Notes under the pieces: model-generated
Databases searched by the model: none
Seen by the model: only the letters and a program-made list of their open reading frames with translations
Told to the model about the DNA's origin: nothing
Shown here: positions 1-9,661 of the stretch, one piece after another
Numbering within the stretch: the stretch's first letter is position 1
How the letters are laid out: every line of letters starts with the position of its first letter
Program-made: the position numbers and the translations under genes
Source of the DNA: Phycisphaerae bacterium
Lineage (GTDB): Bacteria > Planctomycetota > Phycisphaerae > UBA1845 > Fen-1342
Direction of reading: 5' to 3'
NCBI GenBank assembly: GCA_963675745.2
Contig: CAXXWX010000003.1
Location: forward strand, 32,001 to 96,000
DNA: 64,000 nucleotides

Positions 1-267
1 GATACGCCGTCGCGGGTCGGCGACCATCTCCTTTACGACGTTTACGCGTGTACCGCTGATGTCCAACTCGTGCCGCGTCGCGATCAGCCCCATGATCGTG
101 ACGATGCAGGTGCCCAGGGCCGTACCGACCAGGTCGGTCGGCGAGAATGCGGCGCCTCGGCCACCATTATCGAGTGGAGCGTCGGTAGTCAGCACCTGCC
201 CGGATGGCGCGTGCGTCGCCGAACAGTGCAGGTCGCCCTCGTACGTGATATCAACCTCAACCGCCAT
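1..267 (-). CDS. OsmC/Ohr-like family protein (runs off the window edge)
   Basis: Not in the ORF track. Manual translation gives MAVEVDITYEGDLHCSATHAPSGQVLTTDAPLDNGGRGAAFSPTDLVGTALGTC..., with the TDAP.DN.G.G..FSPTDL...L..C motif and a GGAG SD upstream. Confidence 0.85.
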   Translation of the reverse strand, partial: MAVEVDITYEGDLHCSATHAPSGQVLTTDAPLDNGGRGAAFSPTDLVGTALGTCIVTIMGLIATRHELDISGTRVNVVKEMVADPRRRI

Positions 268-415
268 GTGCCATCTCCGATTCAATCGATTGCGCAGTAT
301 TCAGGACACAGTATACCGGAGTTACGCGCGTAGCGAGCCGGCCGCACGGGTGTCATCTAAATTGCGGGGGGATACGCCGCTTATCGCTCTTGTGCAGCGG
401 GCAGTGATGAACACT

Positions 416-815
416 CGGCCGACGGGTGCGTAAGCTGGTCGAGGAGTATGATGCGACGCAGCGGCAGTGGCAGACGGCCGCTGACGTGAAGTTCGTCTAC
501 CACGGCTGGCGGCTGCTGGTCGAACTCGACGGGGCGAATAGCGACGTGGTCACGCACAAATACACCTGGGGCCTGGATCTGTCCGGTCAATTGGGATGCC
601 AGGCTTCCTTCTCCCATGTGGGACCGACCTCCGGTCGGTCATCAGGCCTCGACAACGCCGGCGGCATCGGCGGCCCCGTCGCACATAGAACACTCAGGCC
701 ACTATGACAGCTTCCGACGACCAGAAACACCTCTGCTTCTACGATGTCACCATCGACACAACTACGTCGCATCAAGAGCAGGCCGGCAAAGCCGGCCAGC
801 TTCTCGAGCTCGAAA
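416..815 (+). pseudogene. Degenerate RHS repeat-associated core fragment
   Basis: GRRVRKLVEEYD..KFVYHGWRLLVELD..KYTWGLDLSG..AGGIGG, then in another frame DDQKHLCFYD..GKAGQLLE (canonical YFYDGNGNVGQL). No start codon and frameshifted. Confidence 0.75.
618..641. repeat. REP-like palindrome GTGG-GACCGACCTCCGGTCGGTC, copy 1
   Basis: 23 nt identical to 29264-29286; GACCGACC/GGTCGGTC inverted arms. Confidence 0.75.
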
Positions 816-888
816 ACACGTCGTCTGTCCCTCGTTGTCCGTCCATCGTTGTCCCTTGTTGTCCCGAACCCCCTGTTGGGTACGAGTG

Positions 889-1497
889 ATGAAAGATACT
901 GAGACGATACTAGATCCGTTCGTGAACGGCTTACTGGAACTGCTCAGCTCATCTGTCGATGAGTTGATTCAGTGCAAGCGCTTTGCCTTTGCGCTCGCCA
1001 TCCTCCGGAATCTCGAGACACTGAGCAAGCACGACGGTTGCCCCGAGCAACGGCGCGTTGGGCTGCGCGTCATTGAATTACGGCTCCAATTGGCGTTTGC
1101 CCGACGGGAATTCCGCGAAGCATGCGAGGTTGCAAGGATGGGTATTGCCGCCGCGTTCGGCGCCGATGGGCGGCAGTACTGGTACGTGGCCGATTTGCTC
1201 TACGCCCAGCTACTGGCCGGTGACGTCACGGGAGCCACGCGCACACTGACTCGCCACTGCCACGAGGCGCTGAGTACGCCGCGGGCAAACCGGGAGTACG
1301 TCGCCGCGCCGCTTCGGGCATTCGAACGGGCTCACGCACATGGGATTCCCCTCGACGATGAGACCCACTCTAGCATACGGATGCTTGTCGAGCAGTTCGC
1401 ATCGGAGCATTACCACAATGCGGTCGCTGACGTGGCTTCAACACTCGAAGTGGCAGCGATGGCCGCACACCGCGCTATAATGGCGGATGCCAGTTGA
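889..1497 (+). CDS. Hypothetical helical protein (possible orphan immunity protein)
   Basis: 202-aa ORF from the ATG at 889 (MKDTETILDPF...), lying between two RHS remnants. No recognisable motif. Confidence 0.55.
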   Translation: MKDTETILDPFVNGLLELLSSSVDELIQCKRFAFALAILRNLETLSKHDGCPEQRRVGLRVIELRLQLAFARREFREACEVARMGIAAAFGADGRQYWYVADLLYAQLLAGDVTGATRTLTRHCHEALSTPRANREYVAAPLRAFERAHAHGIPLDDETHSSIRMLVEQFASEHYHNAVADVASTLEVAAMAAHRAIMADAS

Positions 1498-1499
1498 TC

Positions 1500-1690
1500 A
1501 GTTTGCACTCGCTGGTGCAGCGAGAGCGGGTACGAAAGTCGGCTGCCACGGGTGTACGCAGGGCAGCGCGTTGCCGCCGACATCACCAACGACGGAACCG
1601 TCAACAACGGCGGTCTCGACCCGTTCGCCTACAACCGCGAGAATCGACTGACCGCCGTTGATCCGTTTGGCGACCGGGTTCTGCAACCGG
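1500..1690 (+). pseudogene. Second RHS remnant (dockerin-like motif plus YD repeat)
   Basis: ADITNDGTVNNGGLDPF resembles ADCNGDGLVNNGDIDSF at the end of the S8 protein; it is followed by YNRENRLTAVDP (YDAENRL-type RHS repeat). Confidence 0.55.
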
Positions 1691-1691
1691 G

Positions 1692-3398
1692 TCAATACTC
1701 AAGGCGGGTGAAGTGCCGGGCGCCGATCACCAGCGCGGACGCCGCCACGATCGGGCCCAGGCACGTCAACGCGATGACCATTTGCCAGCCTTCCGGCGTC
1801 AGCGTGTTGGGCACGTTCACCGCGCTGCGCAGCTCGCGGATGCTGAGCATCAGCATGCCGAACATCTCCACGCCGACGAAGATCATGCTGGCGATCAGGT
1901 TGAAGCTGCCGCCCAGACCCGAGGCGATGCGGGCCGGGTTACGCTGGCCGAGCACCGGGTAGCGCGCCCCGAGACCGACCGACAGGCCGCACAGCCCCAC
2001 GCAGATCGACATGCACACCGCCAGGTTGACCCGCGACCAGAGCACGGGAAGTTCGAGCATGTGTACGGCGATGCCCATCACGACCAGCCCGGAGAGCCCG
2101 GTTACGGTCAGCGCGAACAGGAACTTGACGAGCAGCAGCGTCAGGCGTTCCAGCGGCAGCAATCCCAACAGCCACAACTGCTGGCTCTCCAGCGAGAGCA
2201 GCGGGTATACAAACCGACTGGTGAAGGTCGCCAGTATCAGGCTGACCGTGGTGAGGTTGAGGAAGGCGACCACAGTCTGCATGGTCGAGTTATGCACATT
2301 GATGGGCAGCCGATCGAGATTCAATGCGTATACCACGAGCAGCCCGAGCATGATCACCATCTGGGTCCACTGGGTGGCGTCGCGCGTGAAGGTGCGGATG
2401 TCCTTGAGCATGAGCATGCGCAGCCGGCGCGGCAGATACCAGAACATCATCACGCACATGGATTCGGTGATCCAACCATCCTTGATCACCGGCTGAACCC
2501 GGCTGTGCTGTGCCCGGTTGAACGCCTCGGCCCAGGTGCCGCCGATGAGATTCACGGTCAGCCATACCAGAAAGATGCCGTTGCCGGCCACCACTGACAG
2601 ATAGATCAGGCTGTCCGCGACATCGTGACGCAGCAGCGCGATAACGCCGCGCGCCGTCCAGGCGCTGGGCAGCAGGGGCGAGCGCGTAAACCCGAGGTCG
2701 TCGATCATGCGGCGCAGCCACTGGTCAGCGTCGGGTGCGGCCTGGGAGATTCTCCAGAACCAGACCAGAATCACGACAATCGCCAGGGCGCCCAGCCACA
2801 ACGCGATCGTCAGCGGCCGGCGTGGTGCAAACATGGCCACCAGCCAGGCGGCGAGGATACCCGCCGTCGCCGGTATCACGGCGAACCCCACGAAATGACC
2901 GGTGAACAAAACGTAGAAGGTCCAGTCGACCTGCTGCTGGTAGGCGACCGCCAGCATCATCGGAAAGCCCAGCAGCAAAAACGACCAGCTCGACAGTGCC
3001 AGGCCCTCAAGCCACTTGACCAGGATCACCTGGCGTGGTTCGGTGGGCATGGCGAGCAGGTGGCCGGCTTCCTCGCGGCCGTAGAGGCTGCTGAATGCCA
3101 GCACCGCGTTCGAGAACGCCAGCATCAGCCCGAGTATGAAGAAGAAGTGCATGAACACATGCTGCTGCGCGACAACGCCGATCAGCGGCCAACTGCGCAC
3201 CTGTTGCAACACCGCCAGCAGCAGCGCGTACAAGGCCACCCAGATCAGCGCCAACATGATCACGACGGCGAGCGTTTGGATGGGGGCGTCGCGCAACTGC
3301 TGGTCCAGCGCGTTGAGCAATTGGCGGCTCCGGCAGCGCAGCAACGTCCAGCCGTGCGCGCCGTTGGCGGTCAGGTTATCGCGCGGCGTGGTGCTCAC
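1692..3398 (-). CDS. Putative ABC exporter permease
   Basis: 568 aa with many hydrophobic segments and a KD.R.F.RD..QW.Q motif; overlaps the stop of the upstream ABC ATPase. Confidence 0.85.
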   Translation of the reverse strand: MSTTPRDNLTANGAHGWTLLRCRSRQLLNALDQQLRDAPIQTLAVVIMLALIWVALYALLLAVLQQVRSWPLIGVVAQQHVFMHFFFILGLMLAFSNAVLAFSSLYGREEAGHLLAMPTEPRQVILVKWLEGLALSSWSFLLLGFPMMLAVAYQQQVDWTFYVLFTGHFVGFAVIPATAGILAAWLVAMFAPRRPLTIALWLGALAIVVILVWFWRISQAAPDADQWLRRMIDDLGFTRSPLLPSAWTARGVIALLRHDVADSLIYLSVVAGNGIFLVWLTVNLIGGTWAEAFNRAQHSRVQPVIKDGWITESMCVMMFWYLPRRLRMLMLKDIRTFTRDATQWTQMVIMLGLLVVYALNLDRLPINVHNSTMQTVVAFLNLTTVSLILATFTSRFVYPLLSLESQQLWLLGLLPLERLTLLLVKFLFALTVTGLSGLVVMGIAVHMLELPVLWSRVNLAVCMSICVGLCGLSVGLGARYPVLGQRNPARIASGLGGSFNLIASMIFVGVEMFGMLMLSIRELRSAVNVPNTLTPEGWQMVIALTCLGPIVAASALVIGARHFTRLEY

Positions 3399-4243
3399 CT
3401 GGGATGCTCCTGGCGCATGGCCGGTGGCGGATCGACGCCGGGCGCCTCGTGCTCTTCTTCGGTGAGTTTCAGGAAAATGTCCTCGAGCCGGCCGCCATGC
3501 GCGGCCTGACGGCGCAGCTCATCCAACGTTCCCAGCGCGATCAGCCGGCCCTGGTTGATGATGCCGATGCGATCAGCCAGTTGTTCGGCGACGTCGAGCG
3601 TGTGCGTGCTCATGAACACGGTTCCGCCCTGTTCGGCCAGTTCGCGGAAGATCAGCTTGCAAACGCGGATGGTGCGCGGGTCGAGTCCGACCATCGGCTC
3701 ATCGACCACCAGCAGGCGTGGGTCGTGGATCAGGGCGGCGGCCAGCGCGACTTTCTGCTTCATGCCGTGACTGTACGTCTCGCTGAGCTGGTCGAGAAAC
3801 CCGTTCATGTCGAGTCGCTGCGTGAGGTGTTCCAGCCGCTCGCGCGCGCGCGTCTCGGGCACGCCATACATCTCGCGTGTGAAGCTGATGAATTCGCGTC
3901 CGGTCAACTTGTCGTAGAGGAACGGCTGGTCGGGGACGTAGGCGATGCGTTGCTTGGCCAACCTGGCGGCGCGACCCATCGCGTGACCACACACCTGAAC
4001 GGTGCCGGTATCGCTGCGCAACAGGCCGGTGGTCATCTTGAGTGTCGTCGTTTTGCCGGCCCCATTGGGCCCGAGGAATGCGAACACCTCGCCGGCGTGC
4101 AAACTCAGCGTCAGGCCCGCAACAGCCTGTTTTGTGCCGAACCGCTTCGAAACGTCGTCAAGCGCAACGATCGTCTCGCGCGCCGGGCTCATGGCGTCCA
4201 CGTTCGGGTTGGGGTTGCCTTCGTCTGACAACACGCTGATCAC
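3395..4243 (-). CDS. ABC transporter ATP-binding protein
   Basis: Walker A GPNGAGKTT, signature YSHGMKQK, Walker B LLVVDEP, H-loop STH. Start may be the ATG at 4192. Confidence 0.95.
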   Translation of the reverse strand: MISVLSDEGNPNPNVDAMSPARETIVALDDVSKRFGTKQAVAGLTLSLHAGEVFAFLGPNGAGKTTTLKMTTGLLRSDTGTVQVCGHAMGRAARLAKQRIAYVPDQPFLYDKLTGREFISFTREMYGVPETRARERLEHLTQRLDMNGFLDQLSETYSHGMKQKVALAAALIHDPRLLVVDEPMVGLDPRTIRVCKLIFRELAEQGGTVFMSTHTLDVAEQLADRIGIINQGRLIALGTLDELRRQAAHGGRLEDIFLKLTEEEHEAPGVDPPPAMRQEHPR

Positions 4244-5151
4244 TCCTCGTTTTGCCAGGAATCAAGCACGGCCTGCTCGTAGCTCGCTTCGTCAAACGGC
4301 TCATCGACCAGCGTGAGTGTGCCGACAATCGGCAGATCGACTTCCTGCAAGAGCACACGTCCATCGTGCGCGACCCAGGCACGTGCCTCGGGTGCTTCGA
4401 CCACGAAGACTTCGACATCCGCGCCGGTGTGCGGGTGTTTGATAACTTCCGACCGCGTGACATGGACCAGAATGGCTTCAACCGACGGCCGCCAGCCGAG
4501 CCCGGGCAAAACTTGCGACAGCGGGTCAAACAGCCTGACCTCCCACGACATGCCCTCATAGAGACCGGGCAGCCGATCAAACGGGCGAATCACGTCGCCG
4601 AGCGTGCTGATCTGCTGGCTGTCGAGCAGAAACGCGCCCTCCATTTGCCCCAGCTTCCACTCGCACGGGAAGTCGCCAGAGAAGTACTCACCTCTCACAA
4701 TCAGGGGCATCGGCAGGCCGCGGAACTGAATCTCCAACTGGTCGGGATAGGCTGGAGTTTCGTAGGTGATTCTCATCTCCAGGCTCAGCGGCAGCGGAAC
4801 CGTGTGGCCCAGGTTGTGGGGCAATCGCAGGTGTTCGATGACCACCAGCGACCGAAAGTCGAGCGTCTGGCCGTACTTATGGGCGACCGTCCAACCGCGG
4901 CCGACCTCGTAACCGCCGGGCCCGAAGATGCCGTGCTGCACGCGGCGTTCCTGGCCGCTGCGCAGCAGCTCGGCGTCGGTTTTGGGCGGCGCGCCGGCAA
5001 GCCACTGGGGAAGATAGACTTTCCAGACCAGCGCGCCGTTGACGCTGAGCATGAACAGCAGACTCAGGATGCCGATCCAGCGGTTCAGCACGATCAATGA
5101 CCTCGTGGCGGCCTGAAAGCCTCTCCCGTTTTCATTGTACGGCGTCGGCAA
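4240..5151 (-). CDS. Hypothetical membrane-anchored protein of the ABC operon
   Basis: N-terminal hydrophobic helix (WIGILSLLFMLSVNGALVW); stop overlaps the ATPase start. True start uncertain. Confidence 0.7.
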   Translation of the reverse strand: MPTPYNENGRGFQAATRSLIVLNRWIGILSLLFMLSVNGALVWKVYLPQWLAGAPPKTDAELLRSGQERRVQHGIFGPGGYEVGRGWTVAHKYGQTLDFRSLVVIEHLRLPHNLGHTVPLPLSLEMRITYETPAYPDQLEIQFRGLPMPLIVRGEYFSGDFPCEWKLGQMEGAFLLDSQQISTLGDVIRPFDRLPGLYEGMSWEVRLFDPLSQVLPGLGWRPSVEAILVHVTRSEVIKHPHTGADVEVFVVEAPEARAWVAHDGRVLLQEVDLPIVGTLTLVDEPFDEASYEQAVLDSWQNEE

Positions 5152-5220
5152 ACAGGGGCCAATCTCACGTCACTTAGGTGGGTACGCGCGCGGAGGCGCG
5201 GTGGTTGCAGTGGGGGGGAG

Positions 5221-5717
5221 TCATCAGTGCGCAGTTTTCAGTTTTCAGTTTTCAGTTCTCAGAGTTCAGCCTTCAGCTTCAGCTCTCAGCGTTCAGTGTC
5301 CGGTGTTCAGTGTTCCGTGTTCCGTGTTCGGTGTTCAATGTTCAGATGTCAGATTGCAGATTTCAGATTGCAGACTTCAGATTGCAGACTTCAGATTGCA
5401 GACTTCAGATTGCAGACTTCAGATTGCAGATTTCGGAGCTCAGATTTCAGAGCTCAGTTCTCAGTGTTCAGCTTTCAGTTTTCTGGAGCGGCAACAGAAA
5501 CAGACCACCGGAGGCTGGCCGCCCGGTTGGGAGGTTACGGATGGCGACTGTTTTGTCTCCCTGAAATCTCAAATCTGAAATCTCAAATCTGTAATCTCAG
5601 ATCTTTAATCTCAAATCTGACATCTGAGATCTCTCATCTGACATCTGAGATCTCTCATCTGACATCTGAAATCTCACATCTGAAAACTGAACACTGAAAT
5701 CTGAACACCGAAATCTG
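5221..5717. repeat. Inverted pair of heptamer tandem arrays around a 75-bp spacer
   Basis: About 38 units of NNT(T/G)CAG at 5221-5485 and about 22 units of CT(G/C)ANAT/CTGAANA at 5561-5717, the reverse-complement family. Confidence 0.95.
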
Positions 5718-5749
5718 GCGCCGGCCATTGCCGTCGCCCGTTCGGCAAC

Positions 5750-6520
5750 TCAGGCCGGCATGCGCCCCAGGCCGCGCAGGTAACCGACGGACTCGGCTAT
5801 GCGGTCACAAACAAGACGCTCGGTGGGTGTCTCACCTTCGATGCCCTCAATCTCGAGCGTATATGGTCCGTTGAAACCGGTGGCATCCATGATCCGAAAG
5901 ATCTCGGCGAAGTCGACGACACCCCGGCCCAGGGCTGGGAAGTTCCACGCGCGATAGCCGCCGGTCGTGTCCTTCAGGTGGATAGCGCGAACGAATGGTG
6001 CGATCTTGCGCAGTTCGGCGGGCGCGCTGGTGTTCTGGTTGTAGAAATACACGTTGGCGGTGTCGAAATTCACGCGCACGTTGTTGTGGGCGACTGCCTG
6101 CATGGTCTCGCCGGCCACGTCGGCGTTGGTGATCAGATCGGGGTGCGTCTCAAGCACGATGGTCACCCCCTGTTTGGCGGCCAACCCGCCGGCGGCGCGC
6201 AACCGGGCATACGCCGTCGCGCGCGGCGTGTCTCCCGCCTTGCAGGAGACGAACAGCAACGTCGTGCCAAACGCCGCCAGTACCGGCAGTTGGGCGGCCA
6301 CCTGTTCGGCGCAATCCTCGCGCGAGACATCGCACTCACCGTGCAGTGTCGAGGCCGTCAGGTTGTGCCGTTCGAGATCCGCGATGGTGTCGGCGACGCG
6401 GTCGGCGGCCGGCAGCGGAATCTCTACGTGCCTGATGCCCAATGATGCAAGATGAGCGCAGGCGAGCGACTCAAACGGTCCATAGCTCGCGGTGCGGCAG
6501 GCGATAATCGGCTGTGGCAT
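5750..6520 (-). CDS. Sugar phosphate isomerase/epimerase (AP endonuclease 2 TIM barrel)
   Basis: LETH, NFDTAN, IHLKD, LGRGVVDF and LEIE motifs; ATG at 6520 with a GGAG SD. Confidence 0.9.
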   Translation of the reverse strand: MPQPIIACRTASYGPFESLACAHLASLGIRHVEIPLPAADRVADTIADLERHNLTASTLHGECDVSREDCAEQVAAQLPVLAAFGTTLLFVSCKAGDTPRATAYARLRAAGGLAAKQGVTIVLETHPDLITNADVAGETMQAVAHNNVRVNFDTANVYFYNQNTSAPAELRKIAPFVRAIHLKDTTGGYRAWNFPALGRGVVDFAEIFRIMDATGFNGPYTLEIEGIEGETPTERLVCDRIAESVGYLRGLGRMPA

Positions 6521-6713
6521 GCGTTGCTCCTGTGTGCGACACGGTTGTGTGTGGCATTGTAGCGGAACGGCAGCCAAGCAGGGGGCGGCTCGCCGCGCGG
6601 TTTTCCTTTTGCCTCGGCGCCTTGCCTCACAGCGCTGATCTGGTTATTTCTGCTGATCGCTTCGCTACAATACGCGCCCGATTACGGCGCTGTCACAACT
6701 CGCGAGGAGAGCC

Positions 6714-8774
6714 ATGCAACCCATCGCCATGACGCTTCTGTTGGTCGTTTCGCTGGCTGTTTTTGCATATACCGCGCAACGCCGTTGGCGCCTGATGATG
6801 GTGGCCCGGGCGCCGGACAATCGTGCCGACCGCATTGGCGAGCGGATCAGTGGCGTGTTGGTGTACATGTTCGGCCAGGCACGCATGATGCGTTACACAT
6901 GGGCGGGTCTCGCACACATCGTCGTGTTCTACGGCTTCCTGGTACTGCTATTGAATTCGCTGATCCTGTGGGGGCGTGGGTTTGATCCGCACTTCGACTT
7001 CTGGATCTTCGGGTTGGACAATCCGCTCGGACGAATCTACGCCTGCTCGCGCGACCTGGCAACGATGGCCGTGATTCTGGGCGTGCTCATCTTCTACTAC
7101 AACCGCCTCGTATTGCGCCTGAAACGCCTGACACTGAACCTGGAAGGCGTGCTGATCCTGACGATCATTTTCGTCATGATGCTGGCCGACTTCGTGTACG
7201 AAGGCGGCGAGATGGTGCTTGCCGCGCGGCAGGCCGGCGAAGAAGGGGCCCACACGCACGCTTACATGCCGTTCGGCTCGCTTGCGGCGATCATCATGAC
7301 ACCGCTGTCCGACGGCGTGTTGAAGTTCTGGTGGCACGCCGGCTTCTGGACGCACTCCGCGCTGGTGCTGTTCTTTCTGAACCTGCTGCCGTTTGGCAAG
7401 CACTTCCACATCATCACCGTTCTGCCGAACGTATTCTGTCGCGACCTGACGCCGCGCGGGCGTTTGAAGCCGATCGAGGACATTGAGGGACGCCTGGAAC
7501 GTGAGGAGACGCTGGGCATCAAGACCGTGCGTGATCTCGGTTGGAAGGACGTGCTGGACCTGTACACCTGTACCGAATGTGGGCGCTGCACCGACCAGTG
7601 TCCGGCGGCCAGCACCGGCAAGCAACTCTCGCCCAAGCACCTCACCATCGACCTGCGCGACTTCATGTACGAGCACGAACGTCGCCTGATTGCACCGCAG
7701 GCCAAAGACGCCGATACCGACACCGGAGACGGTGACGATGACAAGGATATTCTGGTGCCGGCGACGCTCCCACCGGAGGTGCTCTGGGCTTGTACGACAT
7801 GCGGCGCATGCGAACTGGAGTGTCCGGTGTTTGTTTCGTACATCGACACGATCGTCGGTGTTCGCCGGAATCTCGCGATGGAGCAGGGGACGTTCCCCGA
7901 CGAACTTCAGCAGATGTTCAACGGGCTGGAACGCGCCGGGAATCCCTACAGCATACCCAACGATCAACGCGCCGAGTGGGCCGAAGGTCTCGATGTGCCG
8001 CTGATTTCGGAGAATCAGGACGTCGAGTACCTTTACTGGGTCGGTTGCGCCGCTTCCTTTGATGATCGCTCAAAGAAGATCGCACAGGCGACGGCTAAGC
8101 TCCTCAAAGCCGCGGGCGTCAGCTTCGCCATCCTCGGCCCCGAGGAGATGTGCAACGGCGATCCGGCCCGCCGCGCCGGCAACGAGTATCTGTTCGAGAT
8201 TCTGGCCAAGGGCAATGTGGAGATTCTGAACGGCTACAACGTCAAGCGGATCGTCACGACTTGCCCGCATTGCTACAACACGTTGAAGAACGAGTACGGC
8301 GACTTCGGCGGGAATTACGAGGTCGTGCATCACACAGAGCTGTTTGCCCGGCTGATTCGCGAAGGCCGGCTGACGCCGCGTAAGCCAGTCGCGACACAGC
8401 TCGCCTATCACGACGCCTGCTATCTGGGCCGGCACAACGACATCTATGACGAACCGCGCGACATTCTGCGTTCGATTCCAGGTCTGAGGCTGGTCGAACC
8501 GGAGCAGGCGCGCGATCGCGGCATGTGTTGCGGTGCGGGCGGTGCCCAGATGTGGAAAGAGGAAGAGAAGGGCGATGCGCGCATCAACCATACGCGCGCA
8601 AACCAGTTGCTGGCCGTTCTCCCCGAGGCCGGGCAGCCGCGCGCCATCGCCAGCTCCTGCCCGTTCTGCAAGACCATGCTAACTGACGGTCTGATCGACC
8701 AGAACCACGAAGACGTGGATCAGCTTGATATCGCCGAGCTGCTGTGGCAATCGATGGACGGCGAGGCCGGCTGA
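6714..8774 (+). CDS. Membrane-bound Fe-S oxidoreductase (FadF/HdrED-like)
   Basis: N-terminal TM helices, two CxxCxxCxxxCP motifs (CTECGRCTDQCP, CTTCGACELECP) and CCG domains (TTCPHC, YHDACYLGR, CCGAGG, SSCPFC). Confidence 0.92.
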   Translation: MQPIAMTLLLVVSLAVFAYTAQRRWRLMMVARAPDNRADRIGERISGVLVYMFGQARMMRYTWAGLAHIVVFYGFLVLLLNSLILWGRGFDPHFDFWIFGLDNPLGRIYACSRDLATMAVILGVLIFYYNRLVLRLKRLTLNLEGVLILTIIFVMMLADFVYEGGEMVLAARQAGEEGAHTHAYMPFGSLAAIIMTPLSDGVLKFWWHAGFWTHSALVLFFLNLLPFGKHFHIITVLPNVFCRDLTPRGRLKPIEDIEGRLEREETLGIKTVRDLGWKDVLDLYTCTECGRCTDQCPAASTGKQLSPKHLTIDLRDFMYEHERRLIAPQAKDADTDTGDGDDDKDILVPATLPPEVLWACTTCGACELECPVFVSYIDTIVGVRRNLAMEQGTFPDELQQMFNGLERAGNPYSIPNDQRAEWAEGLDVPLISENQDVEYLYWVGCAASFDDRSKKIAQATAKLLKAAGVSFAILGPEEMCNGDPARRAGNEYLFEILAKGNVEILNGYNVKRIVTTCPHCYNTLKNEYGDFGGNYEVVHHTELFARLIREGRLTPRKPVATQLAYHDACYLGRHNDIYDEPRDILRSIPGLRLVEPEQARDRGMCCGAGGAQMWKEEEKGDARINHTRANQLLAVLPEAGQPRAIASSCPFCKTMLTDGLIDQNHEDVDQLDIAELLWQSMDGEAG

Positions 8775-8809
8775 CCGCACCCGGTACGAATCCCACGGGA
8801 CCCATACAT

Positions 8810-8893
8810 GTGGCGTCCGACCCCCGAGTCGGACGTGTTTAGCCAGCATGCATTCCCTAGGGGATGACGGCCGACAGGGGCGTCGGCCGCTAC
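8810..8893. repeat. Inverted REP doublet (GTGG/GTAG type)
   Basis: GTGG-CGTCCGACCCCCGAGTCGGACG ... CGGCCGACAGGGGCGTCGGCCG-CTAC between convergent genes; the core is shared with 32400-32566. Confidence 0.75.
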
Positions 8894-8911
8894 GTTGTGC
8901 GTCACACGGTT

Positions 8912-9661
8912 CTAGCGCTTGCCGGCGATTGCCGTGGCCAGTGGCTGCACAATATTCGGCACAACGGCATCGGCGGCCAGGCGCGCCCCGGTGTTCAGCA
9001 GGTCGGCGTGCAGCGTGTGCAAATCACGAGGCTGTTGGAATCCCCAGTACCGCCGCAGCGTCAGAAACACGCTCAACGCCGCCCCGTCATACTCATTACA
9101 GCGCAATTCGTAGGCTGACGTGCGGCTCTTGACATCGAGATATGCTTGCAGGTCACAATCGTCGGTCAGCGAGACCCCCACCATGGGCTGAAAGTCAATA
9201 ACGCGTCCGGTTTCGCCGGCCAACGCGTGCATGAAGGGGTGGCCGTCGAAAAGCGTGTCGGCGATCAGCTCGTCGTGATTGCCTTTGTATTCCAGGTCAA
9301 ACCCGAAGACCATCTCCATGTCGTCATAGTCGAGATCACTGAGGCTGAGATGACACGGGGCCAGATCGAGCACCATATCGGCCAGTGCCGAGATGCCCGC
9401 CGGCCCTTGCGCGCCGCACACGCCGATTTTCAGCATATCCGGGTCGAGTCGAATGAAACGTCTCTCGTAGCCCTCCCGCGGTTGTTCGTCGAGGATCACG
9501 CCACCATCATCGCGCCGGCGCAGCCGGGTCAACTCAGGATGCTGACGACGAATCTGCTCAAAGAAGTGCAGCAGCGTCTCCCGCGACGGCGACAAGTCCA
9601 GTTTGAAACGCAGCCGTGTGCTGACGAAGAATCCATCGCAAAGAGCAGCGAACGACCACAT
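8912..9661 (-). CDS. Hypothetical protein (resembles a planctomycete-conserved family)
   Basis: ATG at 9661 with an AGGAGGT SD; SRETLLHFFEQIRR..P and FGFDLEY.GNHD motifs. Confidence 0.8.
   Translation of the reverse strand: MWSFAALCDGFFVSTRLRFKLDLSPSRETLLHFFEQIRRQHPELTRLRRRDDGGVILDEQPREGYERRFIRLDPDMLKIGVCGAQGPAGISALADMVLDLAPCHLSLSDLDYDDMEMVFGFDLEYKGNHDELIADTLFDGHPFMHALAGETGRVIDFQPMVGVSLTDDCDLQAYLDVKSRTSAYELRCNEYDGAALSVFLTLRRYWGFQQPRDLHTLHADLLNTGARLAADAVVPNIVQPLATAIAGKR

Noticed and set aside
616..888. N-terminal 91 aa of the 293-aa ORF in the track
   Set aside because: It overlaps the RHS remnant and REP in other frames; the ATG at 889 is the more plausible start.
5135..5697. ORFs with ADFRLQT / SEISHLT heptad repeats
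   Set aside because: These are by-products of 7-nt repeats read in all three frames; there is no SD or protein-like composition.
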